From assembly GCF_001194135.2 (NCBI RefSeq), contig NC_068993.1:23662215-23726214 (forward strand): 64,000 bases of DNA, given 5' to 3'. Under the pieces are notes generated by a model, which saw nothing but the letters and a program-made list of their open reading frames with translations, did no database searches and was not told where the DNA came from. The DNA is from Octopus bimaculoides. Lineage: Eukaryota. Made by a program: the position numbers and the translations under genes. Positions 24,528-35,754 of this stretch are shown piece after piece; position 1 is the stretch's first letter, and every line of letters begins with the position of its first letter.

Positions 24528-24660
24528 TTGTTATTATTATTATTATTCTGCCAACGTCGATTTTGCATTTCATCCTTATGGGGCCAATAAAATAAGTACC
24601 AATTGGGCACTGGTATCCACGTACTTGACTTAACACCTTCCCTCGAAACTGTGGGCTGCT
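24290..24660 (+). mobile_element. Two SINE family B fragments separated by an (ATT/GTT)n array
   Basis: GAGGTCGACT.TTGCCTTTCATCCTTTC...AAATAAGT.CCAG at 24305-24430 and again at ~24550-24650. Confidence 0.75.
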
Positions 24661-24721
24661 GAAACCATTATTTTTTATAGTCGTAGAAGTAGATGTGGTA
24701 TTAGTAGTGGCAGCATCAGCA

Positions 24722-24769
24722 ATAGTAGAAGAAGAAGAAGAAGAAGAAGAAGAAGAAGAAGAAGAAGAA

Positions 24770-24801
<32 letters not shown>

Positions 24802-25859
24802 AGTAGAAGAAGAAGAAGAATAAAAAGAAGGAGAAGGAGAAGGAGGAGAAGAAGAAGAAGAAGAAGAAGACGAAGAAAAAGAAGGAGAACAAAAAGAAGA
24901 AGAAGAAGATGAAGAAGAAAAGAAGAAGAAGAAGAAAAAGAAGAAGAAAAAGAAGAAGAAAAAGAAGAAGAAAAAGAAGGAGGAGGAGGAGGAGAAAAAG
25001 AAGAAGAAGAAGAAGAAGAAGAAAAAGAAGGAGAAGGAGAAGGAGAAGGAGAAAAAGAAGAAGAAGAAGAAGAAGAAGAAAAAGAAGAAGGAGAAGAAAG
25101 AGAAGAAGGAGAAGAAGAAGAAGAAGAAGAAGAAGAAGAAGAAGAAGAAAAAGAAGGAGAAGGAGAAGAAGAAGAAGAAGAAGAAGAAGAAGAAAAGAAG
25201 GAGAAGGAGAAGAAGAAGAAGAAGAAGAAGAAGAAGANNNNNNNNNNNNNNNNNNNNNNNNNNNNNNNNNNNNNNNNNNNNNNNNNNNNNNNNNNNNNNN
25301 NNNNNNNNNNNNNNNNNNNNNNNNNNNNNNNNNNNNNNNNNNNNNNNNNNNNNNNNNNNNNNNNNNNNNNNNNNNNNNNNNNNNNNNNNNNNNNNNNNNN
25401 NNNNNNNNNNNNNNNNNNNNNNNNNNNNNNNNNNNNNNNNNNNNNNNNNNNNNNNNNNNNNNNNNNNNNNNNNNNNNNNNNAAGAAGAAGAAGAAGAAGA
25501 AGAAGAAAAAGAAGAAGAAGAAGAAGAAGAAGAAAAAGAAGAAGAAGAAGAAGAAGAAGAAGAAAAAGAAGAAGAAGAATAAGAAGAAGAAGAAGAAGCA
25601 GAAGAAGAAAAAGAAGAAGAAAAAGAAGGAGAAGGAGAAGAAGAAAAAGAAGAAGAGGAAGAAGAAGGAGAAGAAAAAGAAGAAGAAGTAGAAGAAGAAG
25701 AAAAGAAGAGGAAGAAGAAGAAAAAGAAGAAAAAGAAGAAGAAGAAGAAGAAAAAGAAGAAGAAAAAGAAGAGGAAGAAGAAGAAGAAGAAGAAAAAGAA
25801 GAAGAAGAAGAAGAAGAAGAAGGAGAAGAAGAAGAAGAAAAAGAAGAAGAAGAAGAAGA

Positions 25860-25907
<48 letters not shown>
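24722..25907. repeat. ~1.2-kb (GAA)n-dominated polypurine tract (includes an N gap) ending in (GTA)n
   Basis: Directly visible; GAA units interrupted by AAA/GGA variants. Confidence 0.97.
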
Positions 25908-25909
<2 letters not shown>

Positions 25910-27198
25910 AATTGTCGTCAACATTGTTGCTTATCAAATTTAATCTCGGTTCCAATATTTGACTGCTACTTTAATTTATCGGCAGTGAAATGAGCATTAC
26001 AGTTTGTTATCCAGAATTGAATCATATGCAAAAATAAGACAAAAGACATCAAAGCGCCTGGCGATATATATGTTAGTTATATTTCTAGTATTTTCAATTA
26101 GTCGCTGAAAACCTTGTGAGTCTCGGAAAAAAAAAAGAAAAACTTTAGTTAGAACTTTTATACTTAGAAATAATCTGACATAAAATGTATATAAAAAAGC
26201 GTGGATTTAAGTGCATTTTGCGATTAAGAAATTTCCATGCAACATTCTTTGTATGTCTATACAGAGTTTTGGGGAAAATGAGAAACTAAACAGAATCTAC
26301 GGATGGGCGAACGTCTAAACTAAAAATAGAAGAGATGCCAAATCGGGTATTTCTCATTCTTTCTTATTGTCTCTCTGTTTAAAAACATTACTTTGTAATA
26401 ATCGTTTGGTACTGTTACATAATATTTGGGAGTAAAAATTGGTCAGCATGGTTGTTGTCGCTAATAGAATTTGAAAGGTTTCTTCAAACTTGACCCGAAT
26501 GCAATTGCGGATATTAAAAAAATTATCTGGATAATTTTTGGTGTATAACAATCAACGCGTTTTTCTCTGTGGCATTGCAAGACAATTTTACCCTCCACAC
26601 TATTGTCTAATTTGGTTATTTTGAATTTTCAAAAAATAATGCCCACAGTGGTGTAAAATAAGCAATCAGTAATCTCAATGACTCCTCTCTAACGGCACGG
26701 TGCGTAGATATATGACGTTGAGGTCCACTCCACTAGATCGTGAAGACGCTGTAGGGAATGTTTTATGTTGAGCTTTTAGGGCTAGTTGAGTTTCGTTAAT
26801 TTCATATCATGTGTCTATACTCGATAACCTAGTTTCATTTGACCGAGATTTTTTAGTTTTTGGTGCATTTCTGATGTCTCTGATGTCGCAAGATGGACAT
26901 CGATGTGTATGAGTCTTTACGCAAATACAAATGAGGAAAACTGAAAAGGTAAATTTACATTATTTTGTGTTATCCATTTTGCTCCACCTCAATTTATATT
27001 TTATATGTTGAAAGAGATCAGAGATAATTGTCTGAAATAGTGTTCTGAATATGTTAATGTATTTTTTAATGCATTTAATCAGTCATTTACTTAGCTGATT
27101 TAAATTTTGCAAGGTAGTGAACATTTGTAATATTATTTTCTCATTAAAAAATACAGTAAATATTATTCATTGTGCCCTACGTTGCACTAAGCTCATAG

Positions 27199-27385
27199 AA
27201 CTTCATGATAAAACGATGACGTATAAGCAGTTTGCGCTGCCTACTCTTAAGATAAAGCTGAATGCAAAGAAAACTGACATACTGCATTCGCTGAAAGTGC
27301 AGGGATCGAACAAGAATCTATATGACAGCACATATTACAAGCCTTTTATTGAGACAGCCAGAAAGCATGTAATGAATAAGAATAC
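27199..27385 (+). CDS. Candidate host-gene coding exon (unknown product)
   Basis: AG acceptor at 27197-98, open frame ELHDKTMTYKQFALPTLKIK...TARKHVMNKN, strong GTAAGT donor at 27386 with the in-frame stop falling inside the donor. No homology recognised. Confidence 0.4.
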
Positions 27386-27576
27386 GTAAGTAATTGCAGA
27401 ATATATGACTGTGGAAGAACAAATAGCCACATCTTTTCCTGTTTCCAATCATGAATTGCGATAAATGCTTAACATTTCGAGGCATTCAACTACAAAGAAA
27501 GAAATCAATGATAACCAGTCACTTATTGCCATTAAGTCACTTTAAGAAAGGAAGTGTCAAATAATTGAAATTTCAG

Positions 27577-27718
27577 TCTCGAAAGATATTCAGATATATC
27601 TCAAAGAAAGCAAAAGCTTACTCAAAAATATAGATTTGGTCTGCGGCATGAAAGAGGAAACAACGTGTGGCTTGAAATTAGATTCAGTTCCCATAATAAT
27701 AGCAACATAGTAATTATG
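27577..27718 (+). CDS. Candidate host-gene coding exon 2
   Basis: TTTCAG acceptor; phase-2 junction with the previous exon gives T-LERYSDISQRKQKLTQKYRFGLRHERGNNVWLEIRF...IVIM; weak GTAAAA donor. Confidence 0.33.
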
Positions 27719-28214
27719 GTAAAATTCTAGACATTTGACATGTACAAGACACAGAAAATAGCACAGCCATCCATTTTGCATATAGTATTTTGAGTATCAT
27801 AGAAAATACGGAATGAAAAGAACACTTTGCGCATTCTTAAGGTATAAATAGTGGTGATACATATTACAGTGAATGAAATCAATGGAAGAAAGACGAGTAG
27901 TAACAATGCATATATTAACTTTGATATAAATAATTAATATAATACTCCTAAACTGAAATATACAGGAAATCCTTTCACAAACATTTAATAATGACAGTGC
28001 TTTTTCTTTTCGTTCATGATGTTCTCTAAATGTAATATCCACAGCTTTTCTTTTGATATCTTTATCTATCCAAATATATAAAATTATTATCCTGTTGTAA
28101 AACAAAAATGTATTGCTATTTTGATATTCCTTAAATAATCGTATCCTTCAAAAACAGGAATAACATACTTTCCTAGGATTCTAATATATTCATATTCCTA
28201 ATAATTACATGCAG

Positions 28215-28306
28215 GACAATTTCCCCAATGTTATCATTTGCTTAGATTATTATATATGGGAGAATAGAACAAAGAATATGATGAAATTTCTTTCAGATAT
28301 TTATTC
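28215..28306 (+). CDS. Candidate host-gene coding exon 3
   Basis: TGCAG acceptor, phase-0 compatible, open frame DNFPNVIICLDYYIWENRTKNMMKFLSDIY, GTAAGA donor. Confidence 0.33.
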
Positions 28307-30169
28307 GTAAGACACTGTGCTTCCATATTGTAATTGAAATGCCGATCAGGAAAAGTTAAATTAAGCCAACTGTCTTAAAGGAGAATATTACACTTATTTC
28401 ATATATATTCCAGCGAGAAAATAATCGATACTGTGTTATTTTGATTTACATTTATTCCTCTAGTTACTTCTTGTTGCCCATGAAGTTTGAGTGTGTGAAT
28501 AATCTAGCAGCATGTCGGTCTTGTGGATTCAGTGCGCTCTTCTGTAATTATTGTATTTGATAAATTTTCGTACACTGAGAGGTGAGTTATGTGAGATATA
28601 AATCTAGTTTTACTTTCGAATCATTGACCTAGTGGGTGAGGATATTATTATTCTTAGTTTAGAAAAACATTCGTTGTTGGAGATCAGTTTATTTACTCAT
28701 CACATAAGCATTTTGATTAGATAACGATCGGTTATATAACCCACGTGAATACAATATAGATATAGTTACTTAGCTTTTCCATACATCATCCTGTGGTACA
28801 CACCTGATTATATCAAGGGGGATGTTTCCAGGAATCACTGAGAGTTACGGGATTTTTACCAATGAAATACTCTTACTCAGGCAATTCCGCCGTGGTGGTC
28901 CAGTGAGCACCACTACTATAGCACTAGTCACACCTCCCATTTTCATTCCTTCAAAACCATCTTGATTGTATTCTTGTTACCTAACCCGGAGATACCTCTT
29001 GTGATACAAACCGCAATAGAATCAGTCAATGTTTGCAACCATTGATTAAATGTCAGAGTGAGACATTAGGAAAATCTTCTGAGAAATACTCATCCTATAG
29101 ATATATTTCCTTTTTCAGTTAGAATGAAGCCAGTTATACTTAAATAACATACTTGATGCATGAAAATACTATGTATGGTACTTGTATAGCATTCGTTTCT
29201 AAAACTATCACCCATTTGGTGAAGGAAACCTATATAGTTAAGCGACAATTTACATCAGATTCACAGTCAAAAAGCAATGTGCAATGTTAAGAATAATTGG
29301 ACAACGCATCCAAGTGCATCGATATAGATGAATCAAACACTTGATTAAATCAATTCTAGCATCTCCAGGGTTTTAAAGATATATTACTCAAAATACTTGA
29401 AATAGGAAATGAGGGCATCTGTTGCTGTGGTATTGAAACACAGAACATCAATTAATAAAGCCACATACTTCTTTATCCAACAGGAATTGTGTTTATGTAT
29501 CTAATACCGTTCTAAGAGGAAGAAGTGACATTTTGTAGCTGTAATGTTCACATATTTGTAAATGTTAAATAGCTGAAAAATGTTAACCACAGTTTGTTTT
29601 GCAGTGTGCTGGTATTATATTTGTTATGCAAATGAGAAGCTATTGTATACTGCATTCTTGAGTAGGAGCACATCGTTAAATTCATTGAAGAAGATATATT
29701 TTTTATGATTAAAATTACTGCTATTCTGAAGCGAATAAATTTAAACGCCTCCAGGATGGTAGCAAAGCAATGAACTTTCTGAACTACGATAAACTTCCAT
29801 TAGCCTTATGATATCCAATAAGTGCTAAGAAACAAACTAGAAATAATGAAAGGTCATGATAGCCAAGTCAACATGAACAGAGCAGCTGTTCTTAGTTTTA
29901 ACTATAAAAAATAAAACATCATTTACTGCTACAAATAATCCATAAGAGGACATCATATGTTACAACATATCTAATGCTCAAACATCCTAAAAGTGAAATA
30001 AATCAATGTAAAGCATTTCCACATATACACACAGTTTCTCCCCTCCATTCTTACTTAGATAGAATATTCTCCATTCTTTCATAGAAAGAATATGAATAAC
30101 AAATANNNNNNNNNNATATATATAGAATTCATTACGCATGAACACGATTATGCATACGTTCATATATAT

Positions 30170-30281
30170 GTACTAGTTACGGCTGTACATATTCTAAAAT
30201 TGGAACGATACAGTGAAGATTAGCATGGCCCCTGCGCAACGATGACACGCAAATTCGTGAAGCGTTCCATATTTTTTTTTT
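30170..30281 (+). ncRNA. U6: U6 spliceosomal snRNA, full-length copy, probably a (retro)pseudogene
   Basis: GTAC...GTACATATTCTAAAATTGGAACGATACAGTGAAGATTAGCATGGCCCCTGCGCAACGATGACACGCAAATTCGTGAAGCGTTCCATAT(T)n is nearly identical to metazoan U6. Substitutions: ACAGAGA>ACAGTGA (30214), ISL AAGGAT>AACGAT, and an altered 5' stem-loop. No TATA box at about -30. Confidence 0.95.
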
Positions 30282-30353
30282 AATGGCGGTACCCCAGCAT
30301 GGCCACAGCTCATGAGCTGAAGCTAGATAAAATGAAGAATAAAAAATGAAAAA
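30282..30353 (+). mobile_element. SINE-type 3' tail fused to the U6 oligo-T
   Basis: AATGGCGGTACCCCAGCATGGCCACAG...CTGAAGCTAGATAAAA..AAGAATAAAA aligns with the family A tail AAAGGCGGTGCTCCAGTATGGCCGCGG...CTGAAACAAGTAAAAGAATAAAA (21381-21440). Confidence 0.75.
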
Positions 30354-30355
30354 TA

Positions 30356-30742
30356 TCGTGGCGCTCCGTCGGTTATGATGACGAGGGTTCCAGATGATCT
30401 GATTATCGGAACAGACTGCTCGTGGAATTAACCTGCAAGGGACTGAGCACTCCACAGGCACATGTACACTTAACGTAGTTCGCGGGGAGATTCAACGTGA
30501 CACAGAATATGACAAGGCTGGCTGTTGAAATGCAGGTACAACAGAAACAGGAAGAAAGAGTGGGAGAAAGCTGTGGTCAAAAATTGCAGCAGGGTTCGCC
30601 ATCACCCACCGCCAAGCCTCGTGAAAACACCTTTAGGTGTTTTCGCTCAATAAACACTCACAACGCCCGGTCTGGGAATCGAAACCGTGACCCCACGACT
30701 GCGTGTCCGCTGTCCTAATCACTGGGCCATTGCGCCTCTACA
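30356..30742 (-). mobile_element. tRNA-derived SINE family C, full length
   Basis: Minus strand begins TGTAGAGGCGCAATGGCCCAGTGATTAGG (A box) ...GGTTTCGATTCCC (B box); a related head occurs at 57580-57695. Confidence 0.8.
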
Positions 30743-30830
30743 CAGAAACACACACATACACACACACACACATAAATATATATATATATATATATAAATA
30801 TATATATATATACATACATACGTACATACA

Positions 30831-30862
<32 letters not shown>

Positions 30863-31479
30863 CGTATATAGCATATATACATATATGTAATGATTGCATT
30901 ACTTAATTAAATGGACCCGTTTGGTACTGCATGACTACTTGCTTAGTTTAATTATATATATTTGAAAGACTATGCGGATTATGTAATACAGTTTTCGATG
31001 TGTAAGGATCATTTTTTTAAAGCTATGTTTCTTTTAAATATTATGAAATCTTCTATGAGGATGTTACTAATCTTTTGGGGAAAGAATTTTTTTTGGTCGG
31101 GGTTTGATGTGTTTTATTATTGTATTTGAAAAAAAGTTTACATTATTGAAGTGTGTTAGACATTAAAAATTATTAGTAATGTTCATGAAGTTCAATTAGC
31201 GTTTTCATACGTTCGTATTAATCATCATTGTATTGACTGACAGTCGTGTTGCGTTCTTGACAACCTTAGTAAAATGACTGATTTTTTTTCCCATTTTATA
31301 CCTTTTAGAAGGTTCCGATAAGTTGCATTTTTCGAATACGATTTTGACCAATCAGCATGCAGCTTAAGCGACACAATTTGTCGGGCGCACCGATATTGCT
31401 AGCACAGATCCCGCCTTTATATTAACCAATTTGCTTGTGGCTTACATGTATGGTTTTATGAGTGGGCAAACTTAGTTGG

Positions 31480-32990
31480 CTTCGATTGTTTTTATTTCAA
31501 TCGATAGGTTTCTTTTGTAATTTGTTTATATTCATATATCAAATATATTTTTAAATCTACATTATTATTCTTGTTATTTCCGTTCAGAATAGGTTTGAAC
31601 ATTTTAATGAAACGTTTTTCTTCTATCTTTCTTCCAATCATACTTGTGTCAAGTAGTTTGTGGAAGGGAAAAATTAGAAACATTTTCTGGCCACATGTTT
31701 CTATATGTTCACTGAATAGAATTTGGGAAACATTAGTGTTCCTGATTTATTATCTGTGAACTGGTGAGAAATTCCGATAATGCATTCCCTATGTCACCAA
31801 TGTATAGTTCCTCGTAATTAATGCAGTAGATCAAATTTCTGCTTTTTCAGTTCATATCTACATTTGAAAATATCTGTCCATTCGTTGTCTTAATGAATCT
31901 ACCAGTACGCATATATTGACACGTTCCATATCAGTTATCATTACTCTTTGATACAGTGAATGTTTTATCCTGTTTGTTCACGTTGAATTTTGCCTTTCTT
32001 AATTGTTTCTTTAGATTATGCGTTTGCCTTTTGCTTAAGATAAGTATTTGATTAGTTATTATGTTTATTTATTTAATTATTCACATTCTTTCATGATTGG
32101 TAAATTTGTTTTGATGATGATAAAAATGTATTAGTGATGCAGAAGGTGTGTTACTAGAAATGGCATTGTGATTCGTTGATGGGTTCATCTTTCTCGTGTT
32201 GCTTTTAGTCGTTCTATAGGTATCACTTTTTTCATTGTATGCTATTTTCTTTAAGTAGGAGAGGGTAGTTTTACTTTAGCAGAAATTCTTTGAGTTCTAT
32301 AAGTCGTATGTTCCTGGTATTTGGGTCATGTACTATAGTAAAACTTTTCCTGGCTAGACAGTACGGGATGTTGCGTTTTGTGTGTGTTAGGTGACATGAT
32401 GGAAATTTAGGTACTGGGGGGTATCTTGGCTTTTGTAATAGATATCAGTTCTAATTGTGGTGTTGCTTTTAATTACCACTATGTCAAGAAATGGGAATTC
32501 TGTGTTACTCATTTCTCTCGTTAATTTGAGACCAGGGTGTAAATTGTTGAGGAGGATGCTGAATTCCTCCAGATTGTTAGGGATTTGGTCCAAATTAGGA
32601 AACGATCATCGAGGTATCTTTTCCATGTGTCTTCTATATGCTTTCTAGAGCTCATGCCGTTATTTTCTTCAATTTTTAATATAGGTTTTGTTCCAACTAT
32701 TCCAGTACTGAGTTCGTAAACACTGGAGCAAATTGCGTCCCCATAGCTAATCTTAAATTTCGAGGTAGATTTTTTCCGTTGAAAAAGAATGTGTTCTTTT
32801 CGAGGATGAGGATGACCGCGTCTAGTATGAAGGTTACACTAAGCCTACTGGGAATCACTTCTCTATTTCTATTTCTTAACCATCAAAGCCAGAATCACAG
32901 CATGCCTTTTCATTTCATTAATAAGCTTTAGGCTTGTCACCGTCATTTTCTGAAATAGAAGTTCAATAATAATTAGTCAAATAAAATAAT
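31480..32990 (-). mobile_element. Penelope-like element: RT and GIY-YIG pseudogene
   Basis: LNNLHPGLKLTREMSNTEFPFLDIVVIK..TIRTDIYYKSQDTPQYLNF (PLE RT), INYEELYIGD.GNAL (GIY-YIG), IFPFHKL...RKIEEKRFIKMFKPILNG (C-terminus); the 31000-31480 flank may be the pseudo-LTR. Confidence 0.88.
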
Positions 32991-33024
32991 GACTCACATT
33001 ACATGTATCCTCGAATACCATCCG

Positions 33025-33055
<31 letters not shown>

Positions 33056-33389
33056 NNNNNNNNNNNNNNNNNNNNNNNNNNNNNNNNNNNNNNNNNNNNN
33101 NNNNNNNNNNNNNNNNNNNNNNNNNNNNNNNNNNNNNNNNNNNNNNNNNNNNNNNNNNNNNNNNNNNNNNNNNNNNNNNNNNNNNNNNNNNNNNNNNNNN
33201 NNNNNNNNNNNNNNNNNNNNNNNNNNNNNNNNNNNNNNNNNNNNNNNNNNNNNNNNNNNNNNNNNNNNNNNNNNNNNNNNNNNNNNNNNNNNNNNNNNNN
33301 NNNNNNNNNNNNNNNNNNNNNNNNNNNNNNNNNNNNNNNNNNNNNNNNNNNNNNNNNNNNNNNNNNNNNNNNNNNNNNNNNNNNNNNNN

Positions 33390-33449
<60 letters not shown>

Positions 33450-33567
33450 ATAGTGTATTGTTCCACGCTGGTAAGGTACAACAAAATGTACTCCATTTGG
33501 CGAGAAATAAATATTATTTAATAAACACAGTATATGTATTTATGTAATACTATTAGATTCATGTGCA

Positions 33568-33873
33568 GAGAGCATGCCAAATATATTTTTCAAACATGTG
33601 AGTTGTCCTAGCACAATCATCAGATACTATCCATGTGGCATAACGATCTAAATTTGGACGATAGCGTGCGAGAAAAAGCGAGAAATGGCGAAAATGAAGT
33701 AGATATAAAAACTAGAGTTTGATTTCCAGTTTTCAATCTTCCGCTCTTTATATCTACTTTTTTCTCGCCTTTTCTCGCTTTTTCTCTCATTCTATCGTCC
33801 CATTTTAGTTTGTTATGCCATGCGAAGAGTCTCTGATGATAGTTCTAAGAAACTAGGCGTTTGACATTGCTCT
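33568..33873. repeat. ~300-bp imperfect palindrome (core arms 33636-33710 and 33747-33820)
   Basis: TGGCATAAC...GGACGATAG...AGAAAAAGCGAGAAA...AGTAGATATAAA is mirrored; outer matches TCATCAGA.ACT and AGAGCA.TG.CAAA extend the symmetry. Confidence 0.85.
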
Positions 33874-33933
33874 CAGCACATGAAACTAATAATCGCGCAT
33901 AAATACATACATTGCGTTTATTAAATTATGTAT

Positions 33934-34066
<133 letters not shown>

Positions 34067-34138
34067 TGTGTGTGTGTGTATGTGTGTGTGTATGTGTGTC
34101 TGTGCGTTTTGCATATATATATATATATATATATATAC

Positions 34139-34337
34139 TATTATATCCTTGAATTTGGATATAGACTACACTGTAAAATGATATAACACTACAAAACTAA
34201 ATCAGTAACAAACACGAAACAAACTTCTTCGATTGCCTTCACAAATGCGACTGCACGCACCACCAGTACGCATGCACCTTTATAAGTTTTAGGACAGTTC
34301 AGTTGCTATCCCACAAAGGTAGCATGATTTTACCACA
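34139..34337 (-). repeat. 3' LTR of the Gypsy element
   Basis: Homologous to 38139-38382; begins TG on the minus strand (CA at 34336-37). Confidence 0.85.
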
Positions 34338-34931
34338 TCTCTTGGAAGTCAATATTTTTCTTTTATTTATTATATATTCATTATCACACTCCTCCCATTT
34401 TTTTACTTAATTCCCCGCAAATAAATTGGAATAATTTTTCGTTTTGGCTCTACTTCCAAAAGTTCTGTTTGTTTTTCTTTTTCTAGTCGATATACTTGTT
34501 TTTTTTTTTTTGGCTCTTACTTGAGCTATCGGGACGTCAAAAATATCATAAAGAAATTCCATTGGTTGTTCATAACTTATTTTCTCCTCCGTAAACTTTT
34601 TTTGTTTTCAATTGGTTTAGATGTCCTTTGTGTTCCCACGTATGACTTTTTACCATACACGTTATTTTTCCTAAACATTTACTTATTATATCTTCTTCCC
34701 AGCTCTCTTTTCCGTTTCTATATTTTAAAAAACACCTTGTAACTGAATTTGAAGTATTTTATCTTAATTTCGATGTTTCCATTTTTTCTTTTCTTCCAGG
34801 TAGTAACTGGTTAATCACTGACCAGATTTTCCTTTCCAACGTTCGTTCATCCGTTGACATTCCTGAAGTGGTGGTTTTGGGGTTAGGTGTTATTCGCTAG
34901 GCACTGAAGAATTGCGTCAATGCAGTATCAG

Positions 34932-35366
34932 CTAGTAGCTCATTCCTAGTCTTTTCAGTGCCGTCTTAAACGTGTCTTCAAATCGTTCCGATAGTCCATT
35001 CGATTTCGGATGGTATAGTAGAGTAGTAATATGCTCCATTGCATGAATTTTGCAAACGTTTTTTAATTCCTTCGACATGAACTGTGTTCCGTTATCAGAC
35101 ACTAGAGTGTCAGTGATGCCATATCGCGCAAAAAGTTCGTCAAGATATTCCATTGTTATTTTGGAGGTTGGCATCATACATTTACATATTTCTGGCCATT
35201 TCATGTAACTGTCCACAGCTATCAGATAATACCCTCCATTTAACAGTCCTGCGAAGTCTATGTGTAATCTGGACCAAAGTATGTCAGTCTTGGACCAAAG
35301 GTGAATTTTTATAGGTGGTGCAATTGCTGCCAGGGCACATACCTGCCGGCTTTTACCAATTTTCAA
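34932..35366 (-). pseudogene. Gypsy integrase core (rve)
   Basis: LWSRLHIDFAG...VDSYMKWPE...FARYGITDTLVSDNGTQF...YHPKSNGLSERFEDTFK: DDE motifs visible. Confidence 0.92.
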
Positions 35367-35754
35367 TATCCTGATCCATATTCGGCCAGTACACGTAGCT
35401 CCTCATCATTGCTTTCATTTTCGCGATTCTTGGATGTCCCATGTGGAAGTCTTTTAGCATACAATTTTGCAAAGAAACAGCTATTATTACAACCATCTGG
35501 TTGTACATAAGTACGTCATCACATGTCGAATATCATTTTGAAACTGCGTTACGCTCGGCTATATGAGATTTCGTAATTTGTTTCTGAATTCACTATTTTT
35601 TTTCATTTATGTTATAAGCACAACCTTCTCGGCATTAATTTTAATTTCCTCCAATATGACTGGTAGTTGGCGTACTACGTTGTAGAGTATATTTTTTATT
35701 TCGATTTCCGCTTTTAATGCCGCTATTACTGTGTCTTCTAACGGTTCATTTTAT

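Noticed and set aside
24675-25955. 426/402/260-aa poly-S/L/F/K/R ORFs, and other poly-N/I/Y/HT/CV ORFs throughout
   Set aside because: Translations of microsatellites lacking stop codons.
26644-26665. CACAGTG (Transib/RSS heptamer-like) at the start of a repeat-like segment
   Set aside because: No matching inverted terminus, nonamer or transposase found in the window.
28760-29100. Moderately GC-rich segment with ~60-codon open frames on both strands
   Set aside because: No compatible splice sites or known motif; cannot assign.
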